64,000 nt of DNA from Camelus ferus (taxonomy: Eukaryota): positions 12,092,001-12,156,000 of the forward strand of contig NC_045696.1 in assembly GCF_009834535.1 (NCBI RefSeq), written 5' to 3'. Under the pieces are notes generated by a model that saw nothing but the letters and a program-made list of their open reading frames with translations, was not told the DNA's origin and ran no database searches. Below are positions 47,299 to 61,610 of the stretch, piece after piece. Numbering within the stretch: the first letter of the stretch is position 1; the number at the start of each line of letters is the position of its first letter. The translations under genes and the position numbers were made by a program.

Positions 47299-50200
47299 TG
47301 GTTGTCAAGATTTGGGGGTAATTGGGGGGTCCTCCCTCCAGTCTCAGAGTCCATAAAGTCCACTGAGGTCGCTATAGCTATGACCATTGTCCTTGTCATT
47401 GGGGGATGTCCTTGTCAATGTCCGTGGGCTCGCTCAAGTTTGATGGTGGGCTCTCCAGTGTTTCCTTCTGCCCAGCTCAGCTCTCCCACCTCTGCAACCA
47501 GGTCCCCTGGCATTTTGTGTCCTCCCTGGGGTGTTGCCAAGGATGCCTTGCCCAATTGTCACTCCTTCCATCCTTCAGACCTCTCCCTTCTGCCTGCATC
47601 CCCAGCCAGTGCATATGACTTTCTGTGTGTGGGTGAGTGTGGGTCACGGGGGTGGGGAGCAGAGTAGGCAAGCCCTTATTTTTACCCCAGAGTTTTTGTT
47701 GATACTCAAATTTTACCCAAGTCTTCCAGGCACTTTCTGCTTTTCGTCTGGCTACAAACCTATCCTGGAGTAAGGAATCCCTGTGACTGTCCCTTCTTAG
47801 AAGAGAGGTAAGTATTGGGCAGGTAGGGAAGAGGGAGCAATGAAAATACAGGGAGAATAATAATAATAAAAATACTCAAAATATTCAGCCACTCATTTAT
47901 AAAATGTGTGCGATCAGAACTGCAGTATCACATTCTCCACAGGATTCTCTAAATCAAAGATGCCATTGTTTGTAGAAAAACCAAGGAATACTCAAAAGAC
48001 AAATTGTGAATGCGGAGCTCTGTAAACCCCATCTGCACACGGAGGCTGTTGGTAAATTACCAGCTTCTACTGCCTGAAGCAGAGGTGGAAACCTCCCCAA
48101 AACATGTCCCTGGATCACTCTGTTTACCTTGTCCTCCCTGTTATAACCTGCTCCTCCTGATACCAATAGAATGTCTTTATTAAATACCACTCGTCTACAA
48201 TAGGTTACTCTGGTCTATCCCACCATTTCTACAGTATGAAGCAACTTGTAGCCTATAAGTTATCCTGTTGAGTTAAGGCAGTGTCTGCCGTCACCCGTGT
48301 CTGCCACCTCAACCATGTGCTCAGTGCAAAATGATGGATGGACAAGTCCTCGTCACCGCTTTTAACGGCAGACTCAGTGTGGGCTGGTGGTTTCTGACTG
48401 GTGGGCAGTAGGTCCTCTGCTGTTGTCTAGTGGTTTGGGATTATTATCCACATGCACACGTAGAATTATCTGAACCGTCAACCGCTCCCAGGTAGGGGAG
48501 GCATGATCCTCTTTGTAAAACCTAAATCCATGGTCCTTAATATTTGAAAACTCAGGAGCCACTATAGAATGTGACCCTATTTTCCATATTTCAATGTGCT
48601 CCACCCCCAAGCCAAACCAAAATGAGTTTTTAAGCCAGTGGGACCCTAACAGAGTTGCAGTCGTCTTTCTGAGCCTCATCTCCATCCTTTTTGGCTTCAG
48701 GACTTGGTCTGTTTTTCTGAGAGTCATTTGAGTCTTCCTGGTCTGTTCCCAGGAGCTCCTTCTTCGTTTCTGATTTCGGTGTCTTCATCTTAAACAGGAC
48801 ATCCTGTGTTCTGTTGTGTTCTGCTCTGTGCTTGTGTTTTCTGCCTAGTGTCATTGTCTTGAGGTTTAGACATGAAGGGTTGGTTGATTATTACACCTTC
48901 ACTTTCAATCAAGATGTTACCATTTTGGCTTACTCTTTCCTGACTGCTCCTTGAATACACTGCACGTGTGCAAACACACACACGGTGGGTGCGTACTATT
49001 TTATAATTAACTCATTATTTTATTAACCTGATTTTTAGCCTTTATGATGCAAATCATGGGATGTTTTTCTATGACATTATGAATAGGTCTATGTCACTCT
49101 AAGTCATAACTACATCGTAATCCATCTTAATACACGGACCGTAATTCACCATAACTCACACATCCAATTCCCTGCTGCTGGACATTAAGAATTCTACTGC
49201 TTACCATTACAAAAAAACACTGTGAACATGCATATTGTATATTCTTTGTGCATGGTTCCAATTAAATCCTTAGAGCCTGGTCACAGAAATGAATTTGGGT
49301 GTATTTATAATGCATCTTAAACATTTTGAAGCACATTTTTAAGTTGTAGGATACCATGCTCCTGTTTTGACTTCTGGTGAGTGACCAGGATCCTATTTCC
49401 TGTCCAGTGTCTTTACTTTGTCCCAGACATGCCTGTGGCTTTGCCGTGGGAATCTGGCTTTTTCACCTGAGCTTGTATTTAGACTCCTGGGCTGGATGTG
49501 CTTGGTGAGCTGGGCCTTCTCTCTGCTCCATCCTCGTCCATCCGGTCCACACTCAGTTTTACTGGGATGTTTGGCCATTAGTCTACGGGATTTGGGGTAT
49601 TTATGAGACACAAGTTGAACGTCAACTGCCTTCTTCCTTTCAAAACCCCAGGGATTTTAAGTGTCCTTCACCCCATACATGCTGCTGCTTGTTTTGCCTC
49701 CAGATTTAAATGAAAACAGAGCTTTTATAGTAGTGATAAAATCAGCTTTATATCACAGGCATGCTTGGGCAATCCAGTCCTCTTCCCAGCGTATACTAGT
49801 AAAGGGAATGACACTTGAGAGGAAGAATAAGGGTTTACAGACCTTTTCTTTTAGGTTTAAATAAGACTTAATAGTGGAAACAGAGATGCCACAGAATCAA
49901 GTTCTGGCTCAACTGGATCATAATCTAACAATTCATTAATAAAATCTAGCAGATGGGGAAGTGATTACGACTCTAAGAACAGGATTACTTAGTCTTGGGA
50001 ATGAATAGAAAATCAAGCGAGGCATGGTTGGTGGGTGAAGTTTCTGTTCACTTGCAACGAATCATGATGTCTGATTAAAAGCCATTATGGAACAAGAGAG
50101 CTTTTTATAGACCAGGGAAAAGGACAATGGCTGGTGGATTTTTCAATAAACCTTTCAAGTCTCAGAGAGACAGAGAAAGATGAATCAGATACAACTAAGC

Positions 50201-50357
50201 AAGGCATCCCTTGAACCCAAAAGTGATTTTCCAGGGGGTTCAAGGAAGCAAACAGGTTAAGAGGAATCCACACCCAAACAGTCCTTCCTGAATTTTACCC
50301 ACCTAGGACTGTGCTTGCGGCGGGCATGTAACTCCCTCCCCCCTCCCCTTTCACAAT

Positions 50358-50910
50358 CGTATGTCCACCACCACAGAGAGACCTGGTGGCTTGAATGGCA
50401 GACGTCAATTTCTCACAGTTAGGGAGGCTGGAAATACCACATCAAGGTCCCAGCAGACTGAGTTCCTGATGACAGCCTGTGTCCAGGCTTGTAGACAGCT
50501 GCCTTCTCTCTGTGTTCTCCACGCCGCTCTTCTCTCTCATGTTAAGGGCATTAACTGCCTCATAAATATCTTCCGCTCATGCACTAATCTAAACCTTATC
50601 ACCCCTCAAAAGCCTCACCTCCTAAAACCATCACATTGGGTGTTGGGACCCCAACATATGAATTTTGAGGGGAAGACACAAACATTCAGTCTACAACACA
50701 TGATGGCCTCAGGGTTTCAAAGCACATGTGGGCCAATCCCCAGAGCACAAGCCATTTTCAAGCCTCTTCTGACCCAAGTTTGCTTATATCCCATTGGCTA
50801 AATTTAGCAAGTCAGGTAGCCAATCCCAGAGGCAGGTTGGGAAGGAAGTGCCTGAGGGTCTGGGCCCACGGAGGTGTGACTCATTTGAGACCATTACTGG
50901 AACCATCTAC
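50358..50910 (-). mobile_element. MaLR LTR remnants (MLT1-like, probably two adjacent or nested)
   Basis: tttctcacagttagggaggctgga...cacaaacattcagtctacaaca, then atcccattggctaaa...gcaagtca. Confidence 0.7.
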
Positions 50911-53900
50911 TGTAAGCAGAAATGGCATCCTTTGCAATGATTTAAATTAATAATGGAAAACATTTAGGTGTCAATGAGGGTACAGAGTTTTCAAAAACTA
51001 TTTTGGGGGACCTTCTGAGAAAAAATGGAAAATTATTGCCTGAGAAATTGGGATTATTTTAGAGGGCAGTCAACACCTTCCCACTCAGCCCAAGTGGATG
51101 GAAACTGCTGGGCTTTGGCATGGGTGCCTGTGTGCTGAACCCTGACATTTTCGTCTGCCAGCTGTGTGATCCTGGGCAAGACACCAGACCCTTCTGAGTC
51201 TCTTTCCTCTCCTCTAAGGTGGGTTAACAATACCTACATCATCATGTGACTCAATTAATGGTCCTTTCCTGCTTTCTCCCGCCCCTGACCCCCCAGGACC
51301 AGGAGGCAGTGGGGCCTCAACCTCATGGACAGCTCAGTGAGATGATGAGATGATGCCAAGTTTGCTCTGGAAATTTCGGGCTTTGGTTTTGGCCAATCAA
51401 GTGAAAATTGAACGTGGGTCTATTCAGGGAAGCAGCTGGAAAATACTTTATTCTTAATAGAATTAGTAAAGTTATTCATCACCCCAGTAAATATACAAAA
51501 GTAAATTTAGAATTGGTAGTGATATAAGTGATTAGAATAAGAAAGTTTTTACATAGAACTTTAAAAAAAATGGGAAAGCTACCTCGAAAGTGAACTTAAT
51601 TTATGTACTTAATTTTTAAAACAAAAAAGGAGGCTTTGATCAAAATGGCAATTTGTAGATGTGTCCTATGTCACTTACATATTACTCAGTAATTCACATT
51701 TGGATGTCTCAGTCTGATGCACCCTGATTTTAAAATTAAAAAAAGAATGAAAACCCACTGCACAGTCTGTCTTAGCTAAGATAGGAAATATTTACTAAAA
51801 TCTGTTTTCTGCTTGAATTTTATATCACTCACGTATCTTTACACATATAAAGAAATCAAAAACACAAATATGCGTAGAATTCTATCAGCTGTTTTTTGTT
51901 GTTTCCTTCCTTTTCTTACTAAATCTTATCCAGGACACATGCAATTTCTCTTAATTGAAATCACATCATTGACTCGATTTTTATAAGGAACACACTGGAG
52001 AGTTCTACCATCGTTTTATTAATACTTCACTTTTATTTATTGATGCATCACCTTTTTTCCCCCCCAAATCTTCAATCAGCTGATAGTTCTTGAAATTATT
52101 ATTTTTTAATTGATATTTGAGTTTTAAGAATTGCAATTGACTTATTTTCTTCTGCTCATTTTTCTTAATAACCTGAAAAATTTGGTATGGGTTTTATTTA
52201 AGAAGAGCTGTCTCTGACGCTCTACACCCTCCAGCAGCATCACTAATCCTGGGAGGGGCGTCACAGGGCTGTCATTTCCCATTTCTTCAGAGAAATTTCA
52301 ACCTAGATAGAAAAATGCTCTTTTTTTTGAGACAGCAGGAAAGTGGGGAATCGTTCCATCTTGACTAAGCATCCGCCCTCGTTACAAAACTTGGGGTGAG
52401 GCAGCTCTGAAGAGGAGGGACAAGGGCGAGTTCCTGGGTCTTTCAGAAGGAGCAGCAGTGATGGTTGTGTGCAGACAGTGAAGGGACCCGGCAAGTGGAC
52501 GCCTTCCCTAAACCCCTCCTCATACCCCCTCCCACCGCGATTCCCTGTCGTGCCCTGTAGGACACTTTCTCTCTGGGTTTCCTGCAGTTCCGGAAGAGGC
52601 CACCCTTCCTCCAGAGAAAGCACATCACAGCTTAATGTGCACGCAGACATCTTCTGGTAGTAACAAGAGAAATGTTATCAGAAATTCTCACCCATCGGCG
52701 GCACTCAACCCTGAACAACTTTGGAAACAGATTGATGCCAGGACACACCGCAGACCGAGAGAATCACAATCTCTGGGTTGCAACCAGTGCATCAGTGTAT
52801 TTTCTTTAAATGCTAGGCTGTGTAAAACCGCAGCTTTTATTCACTTGTTATGAGTATTAGAGAGGCCCAGAGCTTTTTTCAGTTTTTCAAAAAGCCTAAT
52901 GAAATGATACATCAGCTTTCAAAACAGTCTGAGATAAATTCAAACACTACATGTCCTCACTTTGAACCTGGGCTCATACTAACTCGGTGCAACCACCCTG
53001 GTACACACATGCTGGTTAGAATGATCAATGTATTTCCCTATCTGTGATATATACTTACGCAATTAAATACATTGATTAATAAAAGCAATTTGATGGCCAA
53101 AAGGAAATCCTGAAAATTCTGAGCTGTCCAGAGTTAGGAAAAATCCACCAGAGGGGTGGCATTGGTGATAGAAACTTTGGAGTCATGCTATGCTTCAGTC
53201 GTTTAAACTCCACAGCAAGATGGACTAGACTAGAAATTAAGAGACACTGAAGCTGGCTGTTGAGATTCTGTTCTGTGTTTACTGTAACTAAAGGATGACC
53301 TGCCTGCAACCCCAGGGAGAGCTTCCGAACCGCCAAAGGGCGGAGGAGACACGCTGAACTGGATGACCCTCACAGCCAGATGAAACTTGTGCATCCAGGT
53401 AGGGTACCTTTCTGTTTTATTATTTATTTATTTTTTTATGGACACACCATACCTGCCCTCAAATACATGCTGAAAAATAAGGGCCTCAAATTTGATCATT
53501 TTGGATGTTTGGATTGTTCGTTTTTGACTAATTGTAAGTAAAACACTGTGATATGATCCTCACCTCTGAAGGAGTTTCATTAGGCATTTGCATCCTTTTT
53601 GAACATGACAAAGCACCTTGTTTTATGTTATTCTGTCTGACCCTTACAAAGTCCTGTGAGATGGATTGGACAGATAATCTTATTGCTATATCAGAGGTGA
53701 GAAAAGAAGGCTCATTGTGACTTGCACACTGTAGCAGCTTTTCTATTAAGTGTTAATGACCAGGATTAGACCCCCACAAGGAGGGACAGACTGGCAAATC
53801 CACGCATTTCCAGCCAGAAATCCGTTGCTTGGCTATACTAACAATGCTAGAATTACAAGGATCAAGACAACGATCCTGCTTCTTTGAAAAAGAACAAACG

Positions 53901-54046
53901 GAATGTTCTAGCCTCTAAAAGTCTCCAATGGTATTTCCTTTATGGGTTTATCTCGTTCAAAAGGATGATAACAGGACAAGGCCTGTATTAACTGCCACGT
54001 TAAAAGCTTTTTTTACGAAAGCAGCTTTGACGGTCCCGCGTGTACA

Positions 54047-54066
54047 CCACTGCCCCCTGCTGGAGG
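54047..54066 (-). promoter_or_regulatory. CTCF motif (reverse)
   Basis: The reverse complement CCTCCAGCAGGGGGCAGTGG matches the core CCASYAGRKGGCRS. Binding is not demonstrated. Confidence 0.6.
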
Positions 54067-55470
54067 CCTGCCGGATAGTCTCAAGTTTTTCTTCTGCAGG
54101 ACTGACACAGGAAGGCACTTAACATTGATTTTAGCAACTAGGCTGTGAGTTTGAGGGAGAGAGGTGGCGGGAGGTGAGTAGGGAGCTGGAATCTGCCCCA
54201 AGCTCGTCTTTTAGCCTAAAGGAGAGCTGTGGCCTCGGAAGGGGGAGCTGCTGCTCTGGGTTGGAATCAGGAGGCATCAGTATATTTAAAAACATTCAGG
54301 CGATTCTAAGGCGTCATAGAGGTGTGAACTACAAGTCTGTATCAACCACTTCAGCATTTTCTCCTTGTCTGTTGTATAATGAGATTGAAAATTCTTGGAT
54401 CTAATTTACATTGGCAATTCATATATCTAACTGACTCAAACTTCTGCAGTGAAAGAGGGACAATGTTTTTCATCTTAATAAAGTGATAAAGAGTATAAAT
54501 ATAATAGAAAGTTGGTGGCTAGTGCTGTTTATTGAACTTTTTTTTTTTTTTTTTTTTTTTTTTTCAGATCTAAGGCCTTGCTTGAGTAAGGAGAGTGTGG
54601 GAAGACCGTGTTCCAATTCTCTTTTCATCTCCACCGCAGCCTCCCGAGGGGGCCCTCTGGCTGGCGTAGGGCACGACCATGGCCCGCGTGAGGACGCCTC
54701 TCTGGTGCCCCCTGGTCATGGATCAATGACGTGCTCCGTATTACTCCGGAATCGGAGCGGAGTGGACAAGGGACTCCTGTAGGCCATCTCTTCCAACCCT
54801 CTCTCCTTGTACAGATGAGGAATTGAGGCCGCACGCGGTGAAGTGGATTTCCCAGCTCACACACGTGGGAACTGGGTTAAGTGGGGTTTAGCAGGGGTGA
54901 GGTGATCAGGGATAGGAGAGTGAGACTCAGGCCCTCCTAGGAGGAACCAAGGCTTGGCGAAGAGAATCAGTAGTGATGCTGATGGTGATGGTGAGTGAGA
55001 ACAGTTGCTGGGAGCCAGCCACACCCAAGGCTCTCAGGTGATGGTTGGTGCCACTCCCTGAGCCTGAAAGTCTGGAAGGTTCTTTGAGCTGCAGACTTAA
55101 CAAGTCCCTCAAGCTGTTCCCCAAACTGAAATCACTATTTCCAGCCTGACTTGACCTTCCTTCATCACTTTTTATCTAGTAGACGGGCTATTGGTCTCCT
55201 ATTGGGCTGATGAAGCCAGACAACTAGTCATACTTCTGTCATCCAATCCATTACTGAATCCTTCTCTTGAATTTTGAAAAAAATAACTGATTTACCTACT
55301 CAGATACCACTTCCTACATCAGCATCTTCCATATGAGGCTCTGCTTCCAAACAGAATCTGCTGCTGTGCCGGCCATCAGGGCCCACAACCCCACCAGCTC
55401 ATCAGTTCTACTTAGATTTGCTTGACCTACAACAAAGCAACTGTTTTTTTTTTTTTTTTTTTTTTTTTTT

Positions 55471-56465
55471 GGCAAATCAAGAAAGTGAAAAGACAACCTA
55501 CAGGATGGGAGAAAATATTTGCAAATCATATGTTTGACAAATGTTTAATAACCGGAATATGAAAATAAAACCCTACAACTCAACAACAACAACAAAAACC
55601 CAATGAAAAAGTGGGCAAAGGACTTGAATAGACATTTCTCCAAAAAAGGTATACAAATGGCCAATTAGCACAGGAAGAGATGCTCAACATTGTCAGTCAT
55701 TAGGGAAATGCAAATCAAAATCATAACAAGATAGGACTTCACACCTGCTAGGAGGGTGATAATCAGAAAGCAGAAACTAACAAGTTTTGCCAAGGATGTG
55801 GATAAATTGAAACAGTTGTATGTTGTGGGTAAGAATGTTAAATGGTGCAAAGGGTGTGAAAAATAGTTTGGCAGTTCCTCAAAAAATTAAATATAGAATT
55901 CCCATGTGACCCAGCAATTCCTCTCCTAAGTATATACCCCAAATAATTGAAAACAGGGACTGAAGCAGGTAATTGCACACCATTGTTCACTGCAGCATTA
56001 TTCACAATAGCCAGAAGGTGGCAACAGTCCGTGTCCATCAACAGATGAATGGGTAAGCAACATGTACACACCAGAATGCTACTAATGGCTGGAATGTTAT
56101 TCATCCATAGACAGGAAAACAGTTTTGATGCACACTACAACACGGGTGAACGGGTGAACCCTGAAAACGATATGCTAAGTGAAATAAGCCAGACGCAGAA
56201 GGTCTAATATTGTATGATTCCACTTATATGAAAAATCTAGATCAGGCAAATTCATGGAGATAGAAAGGTTAGAGTTTCCCAGGGGTGGGGCAAGGGGAAG
56301 CAAGGAGGGGATCGGGGAGTTACTGTTTATTGGGTTCAGCGTTTCTGTTTAGGGTGATGAAAAGGTTTGGAAATACACAGTGGTGATGGTGGCACAAAAT
56401 TGGGGAATGTAATTAACGCTACTTCGAGGTTGTTAAAATGATTTACTTTCCCACAATAAAAGAAA
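55471..56465 (+). mobile_element. L1 (L1MB-like) ORF2 end plus 3' UTR
   Basis: atgggagaaaatatttgcaaatcat, ggcaaaggacttgaatagacatttctccaaa, gacccagcaattcc, ending in cacaataaaa. Confidence 0.9.
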
Positions 56466-58543
56466 TGGCAAATAAATGTATATCTTGGGTTTTTTGAAAG
56501 AGTAAATGTAAAAACAGAAGAGCTAATACATGGCTGTTGGCTGTACAATCTAGTTAACCGTAGCTGTGCTGTACTCAGTGATGGACACAGGAAGGGCAAA
56601 GCCTTGCCAAGCTTTCCCTATCTGCCTATGGCTTCATGAGCTCTCTCTTGGAGTCCTGAGAAAAAACCCCAAACAGACGTTACTCTGCCCATTTTACAGG
56701 TGGGAAAACAGAATGTGAAGCCTTAGCCCAAAGTTACCTGTTTATATAAACCCAGGTTTCAAATCTAACTGGCTCCCAGTGGAGCCCAAGGGAGCTATCG
56801 TGACCTCATGGCGACCGCGGATATTCTGCCGCTTCCTGCTACCTTGGAACAGTAAATTTACTCTTTACTCCTGACTTATATTTTGGAAAAGTTGCTTCAC
56901 CATATGAGGATGCATTTGAGCCGGCTTCCTGTAATTTAACCGGGGGATCAGGACACCTATCTAAGTCAGCTTTCTCATTGGATTTGCTGGAAATCATCAC
57001 CCTCCGGGCGCTGACTCTGAGTTGAGTTTGCTAGTTTATGGGGTTCATTTTGGTGCACAATGGCAGATTCATTACATTTTGAATGCAGTTCTTTTCCGAT
57101 GTAGTAATTCATCCATCTTTAAAATTTGACTTTGTTGAGAAAGTGCCTGAATTTCCTCCATGTGACCAGAAGAGGTCGCTCTTTCACTATGAATATTTTG
57201 TTGGTACACGGCAACTCAGGACTATTGCTCTAACCAAAAATCATCCTTCTCATTCTCTGTCTCTCTTTGTCCCTTCTTTCTTCCTTCCCTTCCTCCCTCC
57301 ACCTCTCCCTTTTTTTAATCTCCCTCCATTATTTCAATCAGTCAGCATCAGCTGTGATAGCAGGAGAGTGATGTTTCTGCTCACCGCGTTCTCTAAACAT
57401 CCGTTCACCCTTTGCCTGCTGGATACAATTCCCCTGAATGACAAACTCCCGGAGTAAATGAGCCAAATGGCAAAGATATTTAACCTTCCAGTTTACTAGC
57501 TCTTAAGGATGGAAATAGACGTTCATTCTTGTGTGTAGATAAACAGTTGAACAGCCAAGTAGCTGGCTGAGGTTCAGTGTTCCTTTTCCCCCACTGTCCT
57601 GGCCCCTAGAGAGGGTAGTGTGGGAGCTGTTTAGAAAAACCCATTGTCAAATCTGGGAAGCCTGAGATTTTGACATTTGATAGGTAAAACTCATTTACTG
57701 CCCGGAGACTAGCTTTCCAGAAGTTCTTTTCTTAAACAATTGACAGGAAATTTAGGCTTTTTTTTTTTTTTTTTTTTTAACTGATCACTAATAAATGATT
57801 TTAGAAAAAATACTTATTTTTCATGTTTTCACCCAGGGTTTCTATCTTCTCTTTTCCAGCTCGCCACCTGTGTTATTCAAGAGAAGTATCCATCTTTTTA
57901 ATTGAGAGTTTTAACAATCAAAATAACATTTTATCAGTTAGAAAAAGTTGATTAAATATTAAAAAAAAAAAGAACTTTGGAGCCTGAGAAATAAAAAAGC
58001 CAGGGTGTGTGTGTGTATGTGTTGAGGGGTGGGAAAGGTGCATGGCAAATACAATGTCTTCCCTATTTTAAATTACCTTGATGTGAGATTGAGGCGATCT
58101 AAAGCTCCAATGAAATGCTGCCTGTCTGCAGAAGTGCCGTGTCCCCAGCTTGGTTAGTGGACCTTTGATGGACTTAGTCTTTGTGTCTTGGACTCCACAG
58201 TTCTTAATGACCTGAAATGTCTTGGGGCGGTGGGGGGGGGGGGTTGGTTAGGAGGGAGACAAGCTTCCCTGTTCCAGGTTGTGCTTCTCACACAGGCTGT
58301 TTAAACCAGTGAGAGGAGGGTGGTAGGAGGCTGCGCACCAAACTGGTTTCAACAGGTTTTAATTTTTCCATTGCTTGTGTGACCTTGATCCAGTCTCTTA
58401 CTCTGCCCAGTTTTCAGCTGCCTGAGTCACAAAATAAGGTATGGAATTACGTCATCTGCTAGATTTTTTCAAATGCCAGTTGAGTATTCTTACTGCCTTA
58501 ATCTTTGAGGCACCGTGATCTGACTCTGATTTACCATCCCAAT

Positions 58544-58973
58544 TGTATTCATCAGGGTTTGCCGGAGGAATGGGACTAATAACTATATATATAGAGAGAG
58601 AGATTTCCCACACAGTTATGAAGGCGAGATGTCCTATGGTATGTTGTTCCTGGAGATCCAGGAGAGCCGCTGGTATAATTCAGCTCAAGTTCAAAGACCA
58701 GAGAACCAGGAGCACTGATGTCCAAGGGCAGGAGAAGACGGATGTCCGGCTCAAGCAGACACACTGAAATTTCCCTTCCTCTGCCTTTTTGTTTTATTCA
58801 GCAGATTAGACGATGCCACCTACCCTGGGGAGGACCACCTGCTACACTCAGTTCACCAGTTCCCATGCTAATCTCTTCTAGAAACACAGACACACCCAGA
58901 AACAGGGTTTTACCGGCTGTATTCCGGGCATCCCTTAGCCCATTGAGGTGGACACATCAAATTAACTATCACA
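58544..58973 (-). mobile_element. MLT2-like LTR (ERVL)
   Basis: tgtattcatcagggttt...(TA)(GA) stretch...agaaacacagacacacccagaaaca...gacacatcaaattaactatcaca. Confidence 0.75.
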
Positions 58974-60534
58974 CCAAGCAACCGCCTCACATTACAGTAA
59001 AGGCAGAGATAATAATCAGTAATTACAACATTTTTCCCCCTGTGAGCTCATAAAATAATTCACATTATTTAAAACCTTTTATCCTGAAGTTCTTTACACC
59101 TATGCCTTTATAATCTGATTGCAAACTATATACATCCTCTCTCACCTCAAATAAAGCAGCAACCAGCATAATTAAAATAAAAATACAGCTTCACAAAGGT
59201 AGAGGGAAGACGGAAATTCGTTTCTTTTTTTTCCTTCCTACTCATTCCTATGTGCTGTTATGCCTCTAGGACTGGAGAATCCGCGCTGACCGAATGCCCC
59301 TGCACAAAAGTGGAACTGAATCTGCTTTAAAGACCAAGGTATGTGAATTACTTCAGATGGATCAATGTACATTTATTCACATGTGAAACACCTATTAAGG
59401 GAGAACATGAAAGAAAAAAAGACACAATTGTTGCCATTGAGAGCTTACTGATCAAATGTACCATATTACAGTTCAACAGCCCTAACACTCAAACCAACTA
59501 AAGAGAGGCAACTTTATATAAAAGCAATACAATATGTATTTATTATAGAACATCTAGCTAACATCTATCAATCTATCTATTTAAGAGAAGCATTCCAACA
59601 TTCCTTCCTCTCTCAATCCCAAGAAATAACAGCACCAGGCCAGCAGAGCTAGAGCCTACAGCTTCCCAGGCCTGCTGGCCCCTGCCAGAAATGGACTTTG
59701 AGCGGAAACCACAGAGAAGCAAAGCTGGAGTGAGAAGTTACGGATTCCAGGCTAGCAGTAATTACAATATTTGTATTTGTGGAAAACCTTTTCCCAGCAC
59801 TCCAAGACCTTATTTGGACAGGAGTGAGGAAAGGAAAGAGGAAACAATAAAATGCATGAAGATGAACACGACTTTGGGGCCCAACGTTTTGGGTTTCAGT
59901 CTCAGTTCTTCCATTTATGATCTAAGTGGGAAAGCTTTTAAAATTCTTTTCGCCATCATTTTCTCATCTCAAGAAATGGGATGAAAAGAACACTTGCCTC
60001 AGTGGGATCAGTTGAGAAGAGTAAATTATTTCAGTGTATATGTTTGTGTTTAATAAGGTGACAGCTGTCACCACACAACGACTATTCCTGCCAACTTTTA
60101 CCTGTGTTTTTTAGGAGACCAGCTTCTTCCTTTCCTACTCACGACCCATCAACACGTGTGAGGGACGTTCATTTTTGTGGAACACATTGTTCTGGCCCCA
60201 GGTTCTTGCCTGGTAGTATTTACCATCAAATTGAAAAGTAAGCTCAACATATTAGTAAAATCTAAACAAACAGTCTGAGACGGGGCCGGTGCAGGAATGT
60301 GTTTCAGAGGTCACAGGTCACTACTTTTGGATGCCTCCCCCTCCGTGGCTGTTTGGCTGATACCCCTTCAGAGAGTGGGAACCATCACGGCCGGGGTGAA
60401 GAAGAGCTGGGGTAAACCAACACACAGGCTTCATAGGCTGAAAACCACACAAGACAGGAAAAGATAATTACAGTGTATGGTACACTGTGTATAATTATAA
60501 AGCACATCTTATATAATACATATTATAGTACATG

Positions 60535-61610
60535 CATCTGATAAAGGATTATGATGTATGATTTACAAGTCAATAAGAGGAAAAACTCAAAAAATGGATA
60601 AAATTTTAAATAGGTAATTCACAAAAGATGGCCGCTAGATGCCTAGTAAACATGAAAGGATGTTCAGCCTCCCTAGGAATTAAGGCTGCACAAAATAATT
60701 CCACAGTGAGATAATATTTTACACCATCAGTTAAGCAAAAAAAAAAAAAAAAAAAAATGAAGACTGATAACACCAAGGGTTGGCAAGGATCTGGAGAAAT
60801 GGGAATTATCAGTCATGCCTGGTGGGATTGCGTCCCTAGTGACTTTAGAGAAAAATCTGTCACGATTTAGCGAAGTTAAGAATCTTGTGATCTTCAACAC
60901 AGTCATTGCACTTCTAGGCGGGGATGATATCCGACATTCTTAACATCCCAGAGGGCAAGCCATCCACCAATCAGAATCTGCACCTTCTCCAATCAGAACG
61001 GAGGCTTCCTGAACCCAATGGGCATATGTGTATTGCTAAAATCATGCTGAGTATCAACACCTCACTTCTAGGAATATTCCCTGAGAAACCTCACACCTTG
61101 ACTACACAGAGAGGATAAGTGTGTAAGTGTGTAAGAATGCTTATTGCAATAATGTTTGGGGGAAAAGGTAATAAAACAGTCTCATTGTCCAGAAGCAAGA
61201 GTGGATAAATACATACTGGTCTGTTTTCTAACAGAATAATATACAGCAGTGAAAAGTGGATAAATTTCAAAAACCTGAAGTTTAGGGAAACAGCATTGAC
61301 AGAGGATGTGTCCTGTAAGATTCTGTTTACATAAAGTTTGAAAACAACACAGTACTATGTTTACATGAAAGAATAGTGGAAAGCACGCTTGGGAATGGCC
61401 ATCAACATTCAGAGTATTGATTATTCCTGAGGAAGGAGAGGAGGGAGAAGGAGGAAGAGGGGGAGGGGCTGCAATCTGATGACTTTTTTCTTGAAAAAGA
61501 TGAGGGGCAAGCCTGGAAAACTGTTAGGATTCTAATGATCCAGTGAACCCAGGTGTTCTTATGCCATTCTTTTTATTCTGTGTGATGGAAATATTTTACA
61601 GAGCAGATTA
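60535..61610 (+). mobile_element. Old L1 3' portion
   Basis: atctgataaaggatta, aaacatgaaaggatgttcagcctccctag, ctgataacaccaagggttggcaaggat, cacttctaggaatattccctgag. Confidence 0.7.

Noticed and set aside
47080..47667. ORFs of 70-195 aa spanning the N run
   Set aside because: Artefacts of translating through an assembly gap.
54538..54591. Poly-T plus CAG acceptor with a nearby gtaagg
   Set aside because: The poly-T is probably a retro-tail or homopolymer, the phase-0 frame stops at once (ATC TAA), and there is no partner exon.
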